In this document: positions 31,401-45,167 of the stretch, piece by piece
How the letters are laid out: each line of letters opens with the position of its first letter
How positions within the stretch are numbered: the stretch's first letter is position 1
Source: the human T2T-CHM13v2.0 reference genome, Homo sapiens
DNA: 64,000 nt
Reading direction: 5' to 3' (one strand)
Assembly: GCF_009914755.1 (NCBI RefSeq)
Contig: NC_060929.1
Translations under genes and position numbers: made by a program
Notes under the pieces: generated by a model
Seen by the model: only the letters and a program-made list of their open reading frames with translations
Told to the model about the DNA's origin: nothing
Databases searched by the model: none

Positions 31401-32620
31401 GAGGTTGGCCACATCTTTAGCCATCTGGCTACTGTGGTAGGAGGGTCACTCTAAATCCCACTACACTGAAGCATCTCAGAGACACATAATAACCTTTGAG
31501 CTGAACAAGTCTACATTGGACACCTACTGTGTTCATGCTCTGAGGAAATGAGGCTCAGAGAACTTAAGTCTCTTACCTGCAAAATTCTAGAACGTGGCCT
31601 AGGATTTAGGCCTTCTATCTGTCCATCCTCTGCCCCAGTTTTATATTCTTCACCCACAAACTTGATAGGTCATCTGTTTAACTTTTGATGGAACAGCAGC
31701 GGCATGGAGATGAGTTTTGGAGTGAGATGCACCTGGCTCTGGGATACAGTTGCCCAGGGATCATGGGCAATTTAAGTTCCTGCGCTCCAGTTCTCTCACC
31801 TTGAAAATAGAGAGCTTAGCCCATAAGCTCATTGTGAAGATTTAATGTCAGATTATATATATAAAGTGCCAACTACACAGCTTGACGCCATCACAAATAT
31901 TCTTTTTTTTCTATAGAGTGCCTGACACCTACACTATTTTGCAGTTTAAGTTCAGGCTTTCCATTTTAAATGTGAGTACTGCTGACAGCCTCATGGAAAT
32001 GTTGTGCCATTTGTCCCTAAGTGTGTTTTATAATAACGGATTTGAAGACCGGGCTTATCAGAGGGAGGAGAAGATTTGTATACACATCTAGTCCGGACCT
32101 TTAGTTTTTGGAGTTGTTTGTTTTCTATATAAATTTAAAATGGAAAATTATGCTCCTAACCTTTAGGTCACACAGAGAAAAGAAGTTTTATTAGTGAGAG
32201 GTCATTATTTGAAGTGTATAATGGATAGTCTGTTTACCTCAGATTTTAGCCTCGAGCTAAAATTTTGTTTGTACTTGTAAATGAATAGCAAAAAGAGTAG
32301 TGATGAAAGACAGAGTCCAGGATAAGATGCGTATCACACACAAGGGAAGTATGATCAGCTGTAGGCTGCTGTATGGTTAGGCATTTGGTTGAATACTGGG
32401 AAATACTTAAGGCGAGGCAGTAAAACGATTCTCCTGATAGAGTACCAGTCCTAGAAAACATTTGAAATTTTAGAGCCTTTAAAGTGAAAAGTGGACAGAC
32501 TGAAGCCAGTTAGCTTTACAGGGATCAGCTGGTGAATATTTGCTTGACATTTTGTTCCCTGCGTGCCCCTTCCTCCCTCTCACTTCCTCTGGATTGTTTC
32601 TGCTAGTTGCCTCTCCTTTA

Positions 32621-32938
<318 letters not shown>

Positions 32939-34964
32939 TTAGTCTTTCTCTGCTTGGTGTGGAATTCTCATTAAGTTTGCTGGTGCAAAGATTTAGATTA
33001 GCACTTAATAGCTGATTTTCCTAGCTTTTATAAAAAGCTAAATAGTTTAAGAGATAGACATAAAAATGTACAGGTTTTTTGTTTTAAATTTGTTTAATTT
33101 GTGTAACAAATATTTTTTATCCCTTTTTGGAGTTGGTGAATTTGTTCTCTTTTTGCTGAATATATGCTATTTCTCTGTGCTAATTGGCAACTCACTATGG
33201 ATGGCACTATATACTCCAGAGAAAAATTCAGTGTATGTAACTACGTCTTGGGCACTATCCAATGAAATTTAGTTATTTTCATATTCAATACCAACCTTGG
33301 AAGGTAACCCCAAAGAAATGTTTATAATTAGTTTGAACCATATGACAGTGTTGATTTTGAACCTTTTTAACCTATGAAAATGGCAATTTCTTATGGTTCA
33401 ACATTATACTAAAGATTCATTCTACTCATTTCTTTCCTTAGACTAAATGACTTTGTCCAGTGCTCACAATATGTTCTATATACATTAGACACTTAGTATT
33501 TATTTGTTGGTGGAGTTTATTTGAGTGATTAATTGGGTAAGTTTTTAAGGCATTTGCCTCCACTGCTACACCATGCAATGAAAGGGAAATATTGTCCTTT
33601 TGAATGAGGTTGAGAAGGCTAAACAGGAGGTTTCACATCTTGGTTTTCCAGGCTTTTCATTGAACGTGGAGGGCGGACATATGGTGGGTCAGAGAGGTCA
33701 AGAATTTGGTAAGGCATTTGAAAAGAAAACAGTTGAAAAGGTTAAAAGTGTATCTGTTCTGATCTTGGGCGGTCCACGCTAGAAAACTACTCTTTGAAAT
33801 GGTGTTTCCATTTCTTACGCGGTGGTAAGGGAGGTATATTTTGCGTGAATGATGGGAGTACCCATTGGCCTCTCACCAGACAGTCTGAATTCCTGATGTG
33901 TGTCGCCCAGGGCTAGAAACAGGAGCATGACTGCTACTCCCAGCTCACACTGGGGATGGGGGTGGGAGATAGTGGGCTTGTCCTTGGTATTGGAGCTGCA
34001 GTACGGCTTCAGAGACCTGAAGAGGCTGCTGCTAGAGAAGGGGCCAGTCCAAAATAGAGACTCACAGACTGCTTTGGAAATGTTCCGGGAATCAGGTTTT
34101 CAGAGTTATAGACTGGCTCTTTGCGTATAACCTGTACCAGTGACATACTATATACTCCAGCTATTGCTGACAACAATATCAGAATGACCTCTCTTCTTTG
34201 CATGTTGCAGAAGTTCCTGATTGCAGGAGAAACGCTGTCTTCTCTCTGATTCTCTGTGTGTCCATTCCCATTGCTAAGTTTAGCTGCCTTGCTATGATCC
34301 TCTGTGCATCTGTCATAGTGATGTGGAATCCTAGTCAGTCTTACATTTAAAAATATATACCTGTATGTGACAAGAGGTTCACCCTGACCTTTTTGCTTTT
34401 GTTTCCCAGTATCTAGAACATTGCCATCAGCAGCAGTAAACTTCTCCCATGGGCTCCACGTGTAGTCTTTTCGCCAGCTGCAGTGTGTACAAGACTATGA
34501 TCCCAGGGCATGTAAGAAGATAGGAATGCAGTGCAGTGAGAAAATATACATAAAAACAAATTGGTATAATCCCAAGAGTACTATAAGTGTCAGTTGTGAT
34601 TATTACTACGTTAAGTGCCAAATGACTGTAAATGGTACAACATTCCAAGTGGGGAAGGGATCTCAGAGACCCAGAAAGGCTGCTGTGGAGGAGTTGAAAA
34701 TGGATCGGGAGGGGAAGAGATGTAATTCGAAGCTTGGAAGAGTTGGAACAGGGGTATGAAGCAGTGCTGCATGTGACGAGTGTGGGGAATTGCAGGCAGA
34801 CCAGATCGGCTGAGGTACAGGGAGGAAAGAAGCACCTGGAGAGATCTGGCCTGAATTCTTTAATTTGATAATTAATTCAGAATAAATTATTTAGATTGCA
34901 GGCTGAGGGAGGGATTTAATTTTGAAGTATTATACAACTGTATTAATCTGCACTCTTGCAACAG

Positions 34965-35170
34965 TATTACTAGGTAACATTTGTTGAGCACTTACTATGT
35001 GCCAAGCTTCCAACTAGGTGCTTTACATGTGTTAATTCATAGAAAATCTGGGACACCATTTTATAAATAAGAACACTGAGGCAGAGAGTTAAGCATCTTT
35101 CCAAAGTCAAGCAAATGAATAGTAGCAAAAAGATGTAAATCGAAGTGCATTGACTCCAGCATCTGGGCTT
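34965..35170. mobile_element. MIR SINE
   Basis: taacatttgttgagcacttactatgtgcca...aacactgaggcagagagttaag, the MIR core. Confidence 0.7.
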
Positions 35171-35807
35171 TTCATCCAAGGCTACAGTAAAAATCTAAGG
35201 AGATGATGTGGTGTGGTGGTGAGGTCTCTGATGCCTGGAGCTTTTTCTTACAAGCTCTGGGACAGTTATACAGTCCTTACCTTAGTTTCTTCATGAGGTC
35301 AATGAGAGTAGTCCCAGGGGTCCTATCTCAGCAGGTAGATGGGATTTGGTGAAATAACATGAAATAACAAGATCGCAGAACACACTCATTAGGGCTGCTG
35401 TAAGAGTTAAGGGGACATCGCAGTCCTAATCCTCTTGCATGACAGAAGGGAAAAATGGAGACTTACAGATATTAAGGGGTTTGTTCAAGTACACAGTTGG
35501 AATTAGAATGAAGCACTCTTGTCTGTAAAATCAAGGACTGTTGACTCAACTGCATTAAACCAGTTAAATCAGAATGAATGGTCATGCCAAAACTGGGCTA
35601 AGGTATGCTTCTGAAATAACTAAGAAAAAGGCATTTTTAAAGTACATTCTGTCTTTAGATTAAAAAAGCATGGTATAATTCATTTTTGTGTGGTATGTAT
35701 AGAGTCTTTTTTGTTTTTAATAGATGAGTAATTATTCAGCACTAATTCTTGTCTCCTTTTTTTATATGGGTTTTCTTCACATTAAAATAAAAATAAATGT
35801 CAACTCA

Positions 35808-35902
35808 GAATTTAGGTAGGCCAAGGCAGGAGGGATTGCTTGAGCCCAGGAGTTCAAGACAAGCCTGGGTAACATAGTGGGACCCTGTCTCCACAAAAAT
35901 AA
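35808..35902 (+). mobile_element. FLAM/AluJ left-monomer fragment
   Basis: aggccaaggcaggagggattgcttgagcccaggagttcaagac...gaccctgtctc. Confidence 0.8.
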
Positions 35903-36067
35903 GTAAGAATTTGGTAAGGCACTTGAAAAGTAAATGCTTGAATTAAATTAAGAAAAAAATTTACAAAGTTGTGCATACCATATATTCCTATTCCAAACCC
36001 ACAAGGGCAGTGCCTGCCTGAACCAGAGTAAAAGACTGACTTTATTTCCCCTACATTCTGGGCACAG

Positions 36068-36720
36068 AATCCCCAAGGCGGGGAGAAGGGCTGAAGGTTG
36101 AGTTGATCACCAATGGCTAATGATGAAATCAATCATGCCTATGTAATGAAGCCTCCATAAGACTCAAAAGGACAGGGCTAGGAGAGCTTCCAGAAAGCTG
36201 AATGCATGGAACTTCCTGGAGGGTGGTGCACCCAGAGAGGGCATGGACGCTCCATGCCCCTTCCCACATACCTCGCCCTGTGCATCTCTTCATCTCTATC
36301 CTTTGCAATATCCTTTATAGTAAGCCAGTAAACCTAAGTAAGTGTTTGCCTAAGTTCTGTGAATTATCCTAGCAAATTAATCAAACCCAAGGAGGAGGTC
36401 ATGGAAACCTCATTTTGTAGCCAGTTGATTAGAAGTATGAGTGGGCTGGACATGTGATTGGCATCTAAAGTGGGGGCAGCCTTGTGGGACTGAGCCCTTA
36501 ACCTGTGAAATCTGACACTATCTTTAGGTAGATAGCATCAGAATTGAATTGAATTCTAGGATACCCAGCTGGAGAATCTGCTGCAGAATTGATTGCTTGC
36601 TTGCTTGTTGGTGGGGAGAAACCACCATCCGCACACATTTTGGTGACCAGAAGTCACAGAAGCAACTGTGTTGTATTGAGAGCAGAGAATAAAAATACAG
36701 CAATTTGGTTTTGCCTCTAT
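36068..36720 (+). mobile_element. MER21-like LTR fragment
   Basis: gggctgaaggttgagttgatcaccaatggc..atcaatcatgcctatgtaatgaagcctccataa...ctagcaaattaatcaaacccaaggaggaggtcatgg. Confidence 0.75.
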
Positions 36721-38729
36721 TTCCTATATGTTAAAATGGGTGCCAGGGACAGGAGGGAAAATACTTAGGCCCAAATACTTGATTGCATCTCATTTTTATA
36801 AAAGATATATAAATCTTGAAGCCAGTAAGCTTATTCTGCCTGTCCCAAACCATATATGTGAAAATATCTCTCTAGATAATATCATTTTGTAAAAAAAAAA
36901 AAAAAAAAAAAAAATCTGAAATGCCTGAAATTCTTTTAATTTCAACGAGTTGAAGGCCTACAAATTACGTTCCAACACAGTTTTACAAGAAGGCGTGTGA
37001 AGAAGGCCTAGAGCAGAGAAAGATTTTAATGTGTAGATTGAAAGCTTCAATCCCTGGCCCTGTTCTTCCTTTAGACTAGAGGGAAAAGTAGTTCGAATGT
37101 TCCCTTCACCTTTATGGATGAAGTGATGCCTTCATGCTAGAAGAGTTTGGGAAAAGAATTCTCAGGAATTTTACAATTATTAATCAAGTCTCAGTACATC
37201 AAGAAAAAGAATGAGAAAAGGAATAACAGCTATCCCTGGACTATTTGATCTATTCTGGCTCAAAGGCAAAGCTATTATATTTTCAAAAGAGAAGAGAGAT
37301 TAGCTCCTAAGTTGTTATATTCAAGAACTATTCCAGTTTCAGGCAAGATTTATTTTGCTTAATGTATCTCCTTTTATAGAAGCCAGACCTTTCCCTTCAC
37401 TGGCTGCTGCAAACCTTAACTTAGGTTATGACCGCAATTTATATGATAAAAGGGCTGTAAATGCAAAATTTAGGGGGAGTGATTTTTTAAAAAATGCATA
37501 AAGCTTTGAAAAATACATCATAGATTATAGGTGGAAGCTGAATTAAAGTTTTTCAAAGAGGAAAGAGACCTACCAGGTCATCTGTTTATTACCCAGAGTA
37601 CATTAAACTGTTTTCTAGCCTTATCAGATTCATCATGTGGCTAAGTATAATGCTTCTTATTTCTACTTGGTTGTGCTTATTTAAAACATTACAATCCATC
37701 ACTCTCAAAATTATTACTTTATACTTATTCAACCTTTCATAGAGTCAGTCTAAAATTAAAAAATGCTCTTTTCATATGGAAAAAAGTGTCTTACTTTAGG
37801 ATGAAGATTTTTTTTCCCTTGAATTTGAGATACACCTTTGGTTAAGCATAAAATTGCTGCAGTTCCAACGTTTACCACCAGGTGCAGCAGACAGACTGTC
37901 TTTTCTGGGTTCACGTAACTGAGAAAGAAGTCCAGTGGTAGGGTGGGTGTTGGGACCCCTTAACTGGTAATGGCTCAGTGATATCCTTACCTGATTTTTT
38001 TTGTCATTGTTTTGCCATGTGCATTTTTATTGAAATTGTTGACTCTCCTTTGTAATACAGTATGGCGTCCAACAAGGCCTATGGTTATATCCAGAGAGAG
38101 AGAAAGAGAGCACGCATCTCTTTCTTTACCAATGAATAACTTTGATCATTTATCTGCCCCTCACTCCCCCTCCTTGTCTTCCTGAGCAATCACTGGGCAA
38201 TGAGGATGGGTCTGTGTTGATGGGCTTAGGGTAAATAGAGCTCCTTGATAGAATAGAGGTGACATCAGTCTCACCCAACCATGTGGCAGCAACACAAAGT
38301 TAGGGATGAAATGGATTCAGAATTGAGGGCAATTGCTGCATTCAGTGTACTCTCGTAGCTCCTCCTTCCTACAAATTGTAGTAGTAGAAAGATTCTGGTT
38401 ATCTGTGAGGTACTCTGTAGCTGCCATTTATACTTTCTCTGTTTCTCTGTGCTCAGAGATGCCTACTGGTGGACGTGATCACTTTTACTCCTGTTAAATA
38501 GAATTGCAGCTTCCCACCATGGGCCAAAGGAAGCCTCCTGCTGCAAGGACAGTGGAAGAGACAGGGAGGAAAATAATGATGCTCTTAGGGGACATAGCAG
38601 GTAATAAAATTGGGACCTTCATTTGGGGACTAAGAAGATCATATTAGATTCTCAAGTTCAAGTCACACCCCAAAGAGAAGAGACAGCAGTGAAATAATCC
38701 AGCTATGCTTTGGTGGCTGAAATACACAT

Positions 38730-38800
38730 ATGTGGATATGTGTGTGTGTTTGTATGTGTGTGTATGTATGTATGCATATATATATTTATGTGTGTGTGTA
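38730..38800. repeat. Compound (TG)n/(TA)n microsatellite
   Basis: Alternating purine-pyrimidine tract. Confidence 0.85.
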
Positions 38801-39195
38801 CATGTTACAAACAGAAAATTTCAATTTAGGAAGAGAAAGTTGGCTAAAAACCCTATCTTATCCATTCTTCCACTTAGCTTTTAGGTCTTTTTGGATCATG
38901 GTTTGGGATTGTAAAGTGGTTTGTAGTTTTGCTAGAAGGCTGACGACATTTTGGGCAGAGAGAAGTGAAGAATGTGAGTGTGGAAAGCTGAAATGGGTGT
39001 TGAAGATGATCTCCTCCAGTTTTCCTTTCCCCAATCAGAGGTACAGAAATAGATGTTGAGAAGCATTAAGGTAGCTTACTCAGGGCTCCCCCAGTTATTA
39101 AGGGAGTCAGTGTGAAATTGAGCTGTAGATTTCACTTTCTCCATTTCACTGCTTAGCTATATTTAGTTTTCTGTGGTAGGAAAACTTGTTTGTTA

Positions 39196-39906
39196 TGTCA
39201 GCTGAAAAATGACGAGGTTCATAAATTTGGAAAGGAGAGCTTTATTTCTCAGAAAGGGTTGCAGCCTGCAGGGTGGCCATTATGACAGGTGGGGAAGCAT
39301 AGCCTCTGCTTAGAAGCCAGAAACAGACATGTCAAGGGTGGGAAGAATAACACAGGGATTTATACTGAATGAGATGGCCAAATACACATATTCAATAAGA
39401 AGCTATAGGAGCAGTCATGAATATTGATGAAAGGAGAAACATGCACATGCTCAAATGAGCTTCATGCTGCCTCATAGGACGCATGTTCAAAAAATGGCAG
39501 CATTAGGATTATCCAAGGGTGGTGTTTTCAGCCATCTGTTGTCAAAAGGTGAAGCAGAGGACATGAAAACCTTCACTGCGTATCCTCTGTAGACTGGCCA
39601 GAACCACTCTGTGGTCAGTGGTCTCTTATCAGGAAGGAATGCTGGTGGATTGGATTGTCAGAACCACAGAAGGGAGGGGCACCGTCAGGCAGTTAGTTGA
39701 TATCAGTGGTGCAGTCTTTTGAAAAGGCTTATTTCTCTTTAACCCTTGGGGAAGAAAGTGAGGGAGGGGTATAACAAGGCATGCCCACCCTCCCTTCCTG
39801 TCATGGCTGGGAAATCGGCTTTCAAGGTTTTTCTGGAGTCCCCTTGACCAAGAGTGGGGGTCTGTTCATTTGGTAGGGGGCCTTAGAATTTTATTTTTAT
39901 TTCTCA
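39196..39906 (-). mobile_element. ERV1 solo LTR (MER39-like), 711 bp
   Basis: TG...CA ends and a perfect 4-bp TSD gtta (39192-39195, 39907-39910). Minus-strand AATAAA at 39241-39246. Minus strand begins tgagaaataaaaataaaattctaaggccccc. Confidence 0.85.
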
Positions 39907-41204
39907 GTTATAATTCTCTTTACCAAAAAGGACTGTTTGAACCTTCTCATTTCTTGATACAGAATTTTGATAGTCAACTTTTGCTTATGATTGTTTGATA
40001 AATGGGCAATGGGAGGTGGGAAACATAGCGGGATCTTAAAATTGTTTTGCATTAAATAAGATTAAGATCTTACATATATAATCCCTTTTTCTCTTGTGCT
40101 GTTGGTAGGATTATACCATGCATGAAAGGAGGAGAATCAATGCCTTTTAAAATTTATTGTTCAGAATTTTCACTAATTTAGACTGATCTTCAGTGATAAT
40201 TAAGGTAAATATGCTTTGTATGAAAACCCTCAAAAATCAATGAGTGACAGTAAGGCACAAAGGTCTGTAACTGTCTGTCTGTCTTTTGCTGGGGTTGAGC
40301 CACCTCTAGCCACACAGACTCAAAGGATAATGCTGCCTCTCTTTTCACTACATTCTCTGTTGAAAGGTGATACTAGTATTTTCTCCACTGTTTCCCTGCT
40401 CCCAAAATCCTGCAAGAAGTAACCTTTATGGCTGAGATGGCTTGGTTATGGAATTGTGTGTAACATGGGATGCTGAATGAATGAATGAGTGACTCAGAAG
40501 AGGCAGTTATGGATTTATTGACACCAGAGGCTCTTGATGCCAAGAAATGAACACATGGCTTCTAAGGTGCTCCCAGATTGTGTAGAACCACCAGTGAACT
40601 TTAGAAAGAACACTGGTCTTTTATTATACATCCAGATTATGCAAGACACAAGTCTTTTCATGATCTGTGAGATCTGGGAGTGGTGCAAATTGTAGTGATG
40701 TTATTAGCGTAAAAATGACTTTTGATTGATTTGTATTACAATGGAAATTCTTGTGTTAATGCATGTACCCTTAACCCGTGCAGCACTCTGATCTTCTCAT
40801 TACTCTCTTCAGAAACCCAGCTGTGAAGCACCATCTGTCAGCAGCCGCAGCAGCATCTGTCTCAGTGTCAGCTGGCATCTGTGTTAACTCTTGCACAATT
40901 GCCTAAAGGCCTGTAGGTGGGTGTGTGGGAAGGGGAAGCTCTGCCCTGGTACCTTTAGTGACATATTGCCTGCTCTTTTAGACTTGAAACCACCCATGCT
41001 GGGGTGCCAAGTGCCTGCTTTTTCACAAGCTGGGGGACTCTTTGAGATTTCTAGCATTCCACGATACATTCAATCTTACTTGCTCATCTTTATTTTCCAC
41101 CCGTAATAATACTGCCATTCAATGAAACTTGAACAAATGATCATTTGAGAGACTCAGGGTAGGATTTTCTGCTATTTAATTCGGCAGAAAATAATGTTGG
41201 AGTA

Positions 41205-41638
41205 TCTGCTGGGTTGGAGAATGTCCTCCTCTTCACCCCACAATGTATGTCCCTCCTGGAACATCAGCATGTGACCTTATTTGGAAATAGGGTTGTTGCA
41301 CATAAAATTAGTTTTAAGATAGAGACATACTGAGTAGGGTGACCCCTGATCTAATATGACTGATGTCCTTATGAAAAGAGACACAGAGGCACACAGAGGG
41401 AAGACAGCCATGTGATGACTAAGGCTGCACCTGGAGTTCTGCTGGCACAAACCAACCAATGCCAAGGATTGCTGGCAACTACGAGAAGTGAGGACAGAGG
41501 CATGGATCAGAGTCTCCATGGAGCCCTTGCAGGGAGCATGGCCCTGATGACACCTTGATTTCAGACTTTTAGCTTCCAAAACTGTCAGATAATAAATTTT
41601 TATTATTTTCAATCACCCAGTTAGTGGAAACAAATACG
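41205..41638 (+). mobile_element. MLT1C/D-like solo LTR
   Basis: atgtgaccttatttggaaataggg...gccaaggattgctggcaac...gacaccttgatttcagact...aataaattt. Confidence 0.85.
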
Positions 41639-42220
41639 GAGTACTTTACAGCATGTCACCACGGGGACTCTGTAGGTAGTTCGGAGGTTCTACAAGTAGC
41701 CATTGTGTAAAAACTCTCTTGTTTCTTGGTGGGTGGCACAGAGTTGAATGGTGCTGGTAAGGAGGGGATAGTGCTTATTAGAACATGTTATGGACCAGGG
41801 ATATTCCATTAGGAATAAATTTCTAGTTTATTCATGCAGTTACTTCTCTTATTTCAACACATTTAACATACCCTGCACAGTCCTACTTTTGGAGATGTGG
41901 GAGGGGACAAGGCAGACATGGAGCCTACTCTCATGGAGTTGACCATCAAGTGCAGAAGACAGGCTTGATTGTTTCTAATCAACCTAAATATTTTTATTAC
42001 CAATGTTTAAAAAAGCAGTCGTACTAAACAATAATGAAGTTTTGTTAAGAAACTAGTATTTGTATGTTGGTCAACCCTTTGACCTTGGACAAGTATCTTC
42101 AGATCCCAAGTCCCTTTACCCTCCCCCCAAAAAGAAGAATAAAATACTCTTAAAAAAGAAAATAAAACAGTGTTTGAGAATGTCACTTAAGGATCCCATT
42201 TTGAAACTAATCATACTGGA

Positions 42221-42531
42221 TTTTTAAAAATTTATTTTTATTTTTTAGAGACAGGGTCTCTCTGTCACCTAGGCTGGAGTGCAGTGGCACCATCATGGCT
42301 CACTGCAGCCTCGAACACTGGGGCTCAGGGGATCCTCTGGCCTCAACCTCCCAACTAGCTAGGACTACAGGTGCACACCGTCACAACTGGCTAATTTTTT
42401 TAAATTATATTTTTTGTCAAGACATGATCTCGCTATATTGTCCAGCTGGTCTTGAACTCCTGGCCTCAAATGATCTTCCTGCCTCAGCCTCCCAAAGTGT
42501 TGAGATTACAGGCAGGAGCCACTGCCCAACC
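42221..42531 (-). mobile_element. Alu (AluJ-like)
   Basis: agagacagggtctc...catggctcactgcagcctcgaac. Flanking tcatactg repeat. Confidence 0.92.
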
Positions 42532-42689
42532 TCATACTGCATTTATGTTTCATTCCATTTATTTGTCTGTGCTTTATCTCCCTAGCCTAATATGAACTGT
42601 GTCTTGTTTTTTTTAGTGCTAACCGTAATCCTTTGCATACAATAAGTTTAGCATGTATTTTTTGAATTAAATTGAATTATTGATTAAGA

Positions 42690-42936
42690 ATATTAGGATG
42701 ATTAATAGCTAATTGATTATTTATGTGTGTACCATTCCAAGCAATTTACTTGCAATTTACTTATTTACTTCATTTTTTTTCTCATGATACTTCTATGAGT
42801 CTATCTTGACTATTACCCATTTTACAGATGAAGAAACTGAGGTATGGAAAAAGTAAGGAACTTCCTCAAGCTCAACCATCCAGTTAGTAAAGCCAGAATT
42901 CAGGCCCAAGCCTTACTTCTGGCTCCATGCCCTCCA
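42690..42936. mobile_element. MIR SINE
   Basis: cccattttacagatgaagaaactgaggt...aaggaacttcctcaag, the MIR core. Confidence 0.7.
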
Positions 42937-43207
42937 GTGGGAATTCTCCACTCTGTGTAGGCAATGAGGTCATGGCTTATAGCGATTTTAAAGAATTCAT
43001 CTGTGAACTGCATCCTGGATCACTCCAGTTATAGACATGGGTATTTTTCTCAGTGGCCCCGATGCCACTTATTAGATGGTTTGGCGTAAAGAAAGTACCA
43101 GTTAGGACATTCAGTGTAAAGAAAGTACTCGTTAGAACATTCAGTGTAAAGAAAGTACCAGTTAGGACATTCAGTGGCTTGAAAGGAAGAAAGGAAAACA
43201 TGACTTT
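42937..43207. repeat. ~270-bp local duplication, copy 1 (contains 3x30-bp tandem array 43086-43175)
   Basis: Directly repeated at 45782-46054. By eye, about 9 substitutions plus one 2-bp indel. Confidence 0.97.
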
Positions 43208-43248
43208 CAGCCTTCTGCTACCTTCTCTGGGTTTAAGAGGACGTGTGG

Positions 43249-43573
43249 GGCCAGGTGTGGTGGCTCACACCTGTAACCCCAGCATTTTGGGAGGCTGAGG
43301 CGAGTGGGTCACTTGAGGCCAAAAGTTCAAGACCAGTCTGGCCAACATGGCGAAACCCTGTCTCTACTAAAAATTCAAAAGTTAGCTGGGCATAAGGTGC
43401 ATGCCTGTAATCCCAGCTTCTCAGGAGGATGAGGCACAAGAAGCATTTGAACTCGGAAGGCAGAGGTTGCAGTAAGCTGAGATCCAGAAGGTAGAGGTTG
43501 CAGTGAGGCGAGATCATACCACTGCACTGCAGCCTGGGCAACAGAGTGATACTCTGTCTCCAAAAAAATAAAA
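43249..43573 (+). mobile_element. Alu (AluS/J) with a ~31-bp internal tandem duplication
   Basis: Alu body. gaagg.agaggttgcagt.ag..gagatc occurs at 43456 and again at 43487. Confidence 0.93.
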
Positions 43574-43743
43574 GGGAGGACTGTGTGAAAGTCATGTTCT
43601 TTTCCTCTTTTCATTATTAGCTATTACATCCTCTAGGAATAATGCACAATGGATTGATTTTAATTGAGATTTTTGTCTAAGAAAACCCTTCTCCACCAAT
43701 AAAAAGTTGGTATGTGGAATGATTGCTGATCAACTTAGATAAC

Positions 43744-44045
43744 TTTTATTTTATTTTATTTTATTTGAGACAGAGTCCTGCCCTGTTGCTCAGGCTGAAG
43801 TGCAGTGGCACAGTCTTGGCTCACTGCAACTTCTACCCCCCGGGTTAAAGAGATTCTCATACCACAGCCTCTGGAGTAGCTAAGACTACAGGCGTGTGCC
43901 ACCACACCTGCCTAATATTTGTATTTTTAGTACAGACAGGGTTTCGCCATGTTGGTCAGGCTGATCTCAAACTCCTGACCTCAAGTGATCCACCTACCTC
44001 GGCCTCCCAAAGTGCTGGGATTACAGGCCTGAGCCACCACGCCCA
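43744..44045 (-). mobile_element. Alu (AluS/J)
   Basis: (TTTTA)n tail and reverse Alu body. TSD agat(a/g)actt(t/c)tattt. Confidence 0.94.
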
Positions 44046-44681
44046 ACAGATGACTTCTATTTAATTCTTTCTCTGCTTACCCTTTAGCTAACTCGACTTA
44101 AATGATTTCTATGCTTCAAGGCCCTGTATGTGTTAAAGTAGGAATTTCCATTTCACATTTTCGTTTTGCTTGTGTGGTATTGAGTGGGACAGTCCTTCCG
44201 GCTCTGTCCATCTCAGTTGAGGCTGTAGCTCTGGCCTTTCCCACAGAGAAAGTGATGAGTCCTCATTTAGGCAATAAGGAGAATCCCCTAGTCATCCACT
44301 GGCTGTTGAAGAGGGGCGCTTTGCAGCAGGTGTGTGCAGGGATCCTGTGATCTGCATCTGCTCTGTTAGCATTTGTGACATCTCCTGCTTTGCTGTTCTG
44401 AATTCACTGTGGCCAGTAGCACTGGCCGTACAGCCCTGCTCAGAGATAACACTATACTGGGTGGAATCCTTTCCCTAAACCCAAGCTCTCTGCCTATCCT
44501 GGGGCTGCAGCAGGGCAGTTGCTGACTCAGCAGTGGGACTGTCTCCTTTCTCTCCAGGAAGACTGCTGTGTGCCTTGTTCCTCTGCTCCAGCCACAGAGC
44601 TGGATCTGATTTCAGCTGGAAACAACAAGCAGTAGAAGTTCAAAAGTGAAAAACCACAAGCAGTCAAATTCCAGCACTCCG

Positions 44682-45167
44682 TCATTGCAGCAGCATTCAC
44701 AATAGCCAAAAGATGGAAGCACCCCAAGTGTTCATCAGCAGATGAATGAATAAACAAAATATGGTATACACACAGAGTAGAATATTATTCAGCCATGAAA
44801 AGGAATGAAACATGGATATATGAAACAATGTGGGTGAACCTTGAAGACATTATGCTAGGTGGAATAAGCTAGATACAGAAGAAATAATATCGTGTAATTC
44901 CACTTGTATGAAATATCTAGAACAGGCAAATTCATAGAGATCAAAAGCAGATTAGATGTTACTAGGGGCTAGGGGAGGGAGGAATGAGGAGTTATTATTT
45001 AATGGTTACAGAGAGCTTCTTTGGGGTGATGAAAACATTTTGGAAATAGTGAAGATGGTTGCATGCATTATGAATGTAATTAATGCAATTGAGTTATATC
45101 CTTACAACAATTACAATGGCAAATTTTGTGTTATGTACATTTTACCACAATTTAAAAAAATTAAAAA
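44682..45167 (+). mobile_element. L1MB-like 3' end
   Basis: gcagcattcacaatagccaaaagatggaagca...ggcaaattcatagaga...ttttaccacaatttaaaaaaa. Confidence 0.85.

Noticed and set aside
43086-43175. 3x30-bp repeats (also 45933-46022) as a CRISPR-like array
   Set aside because: Units are head-to-tail with no unique spacers, no cas genes, and the context is a primate intron. This is a minisatellite.
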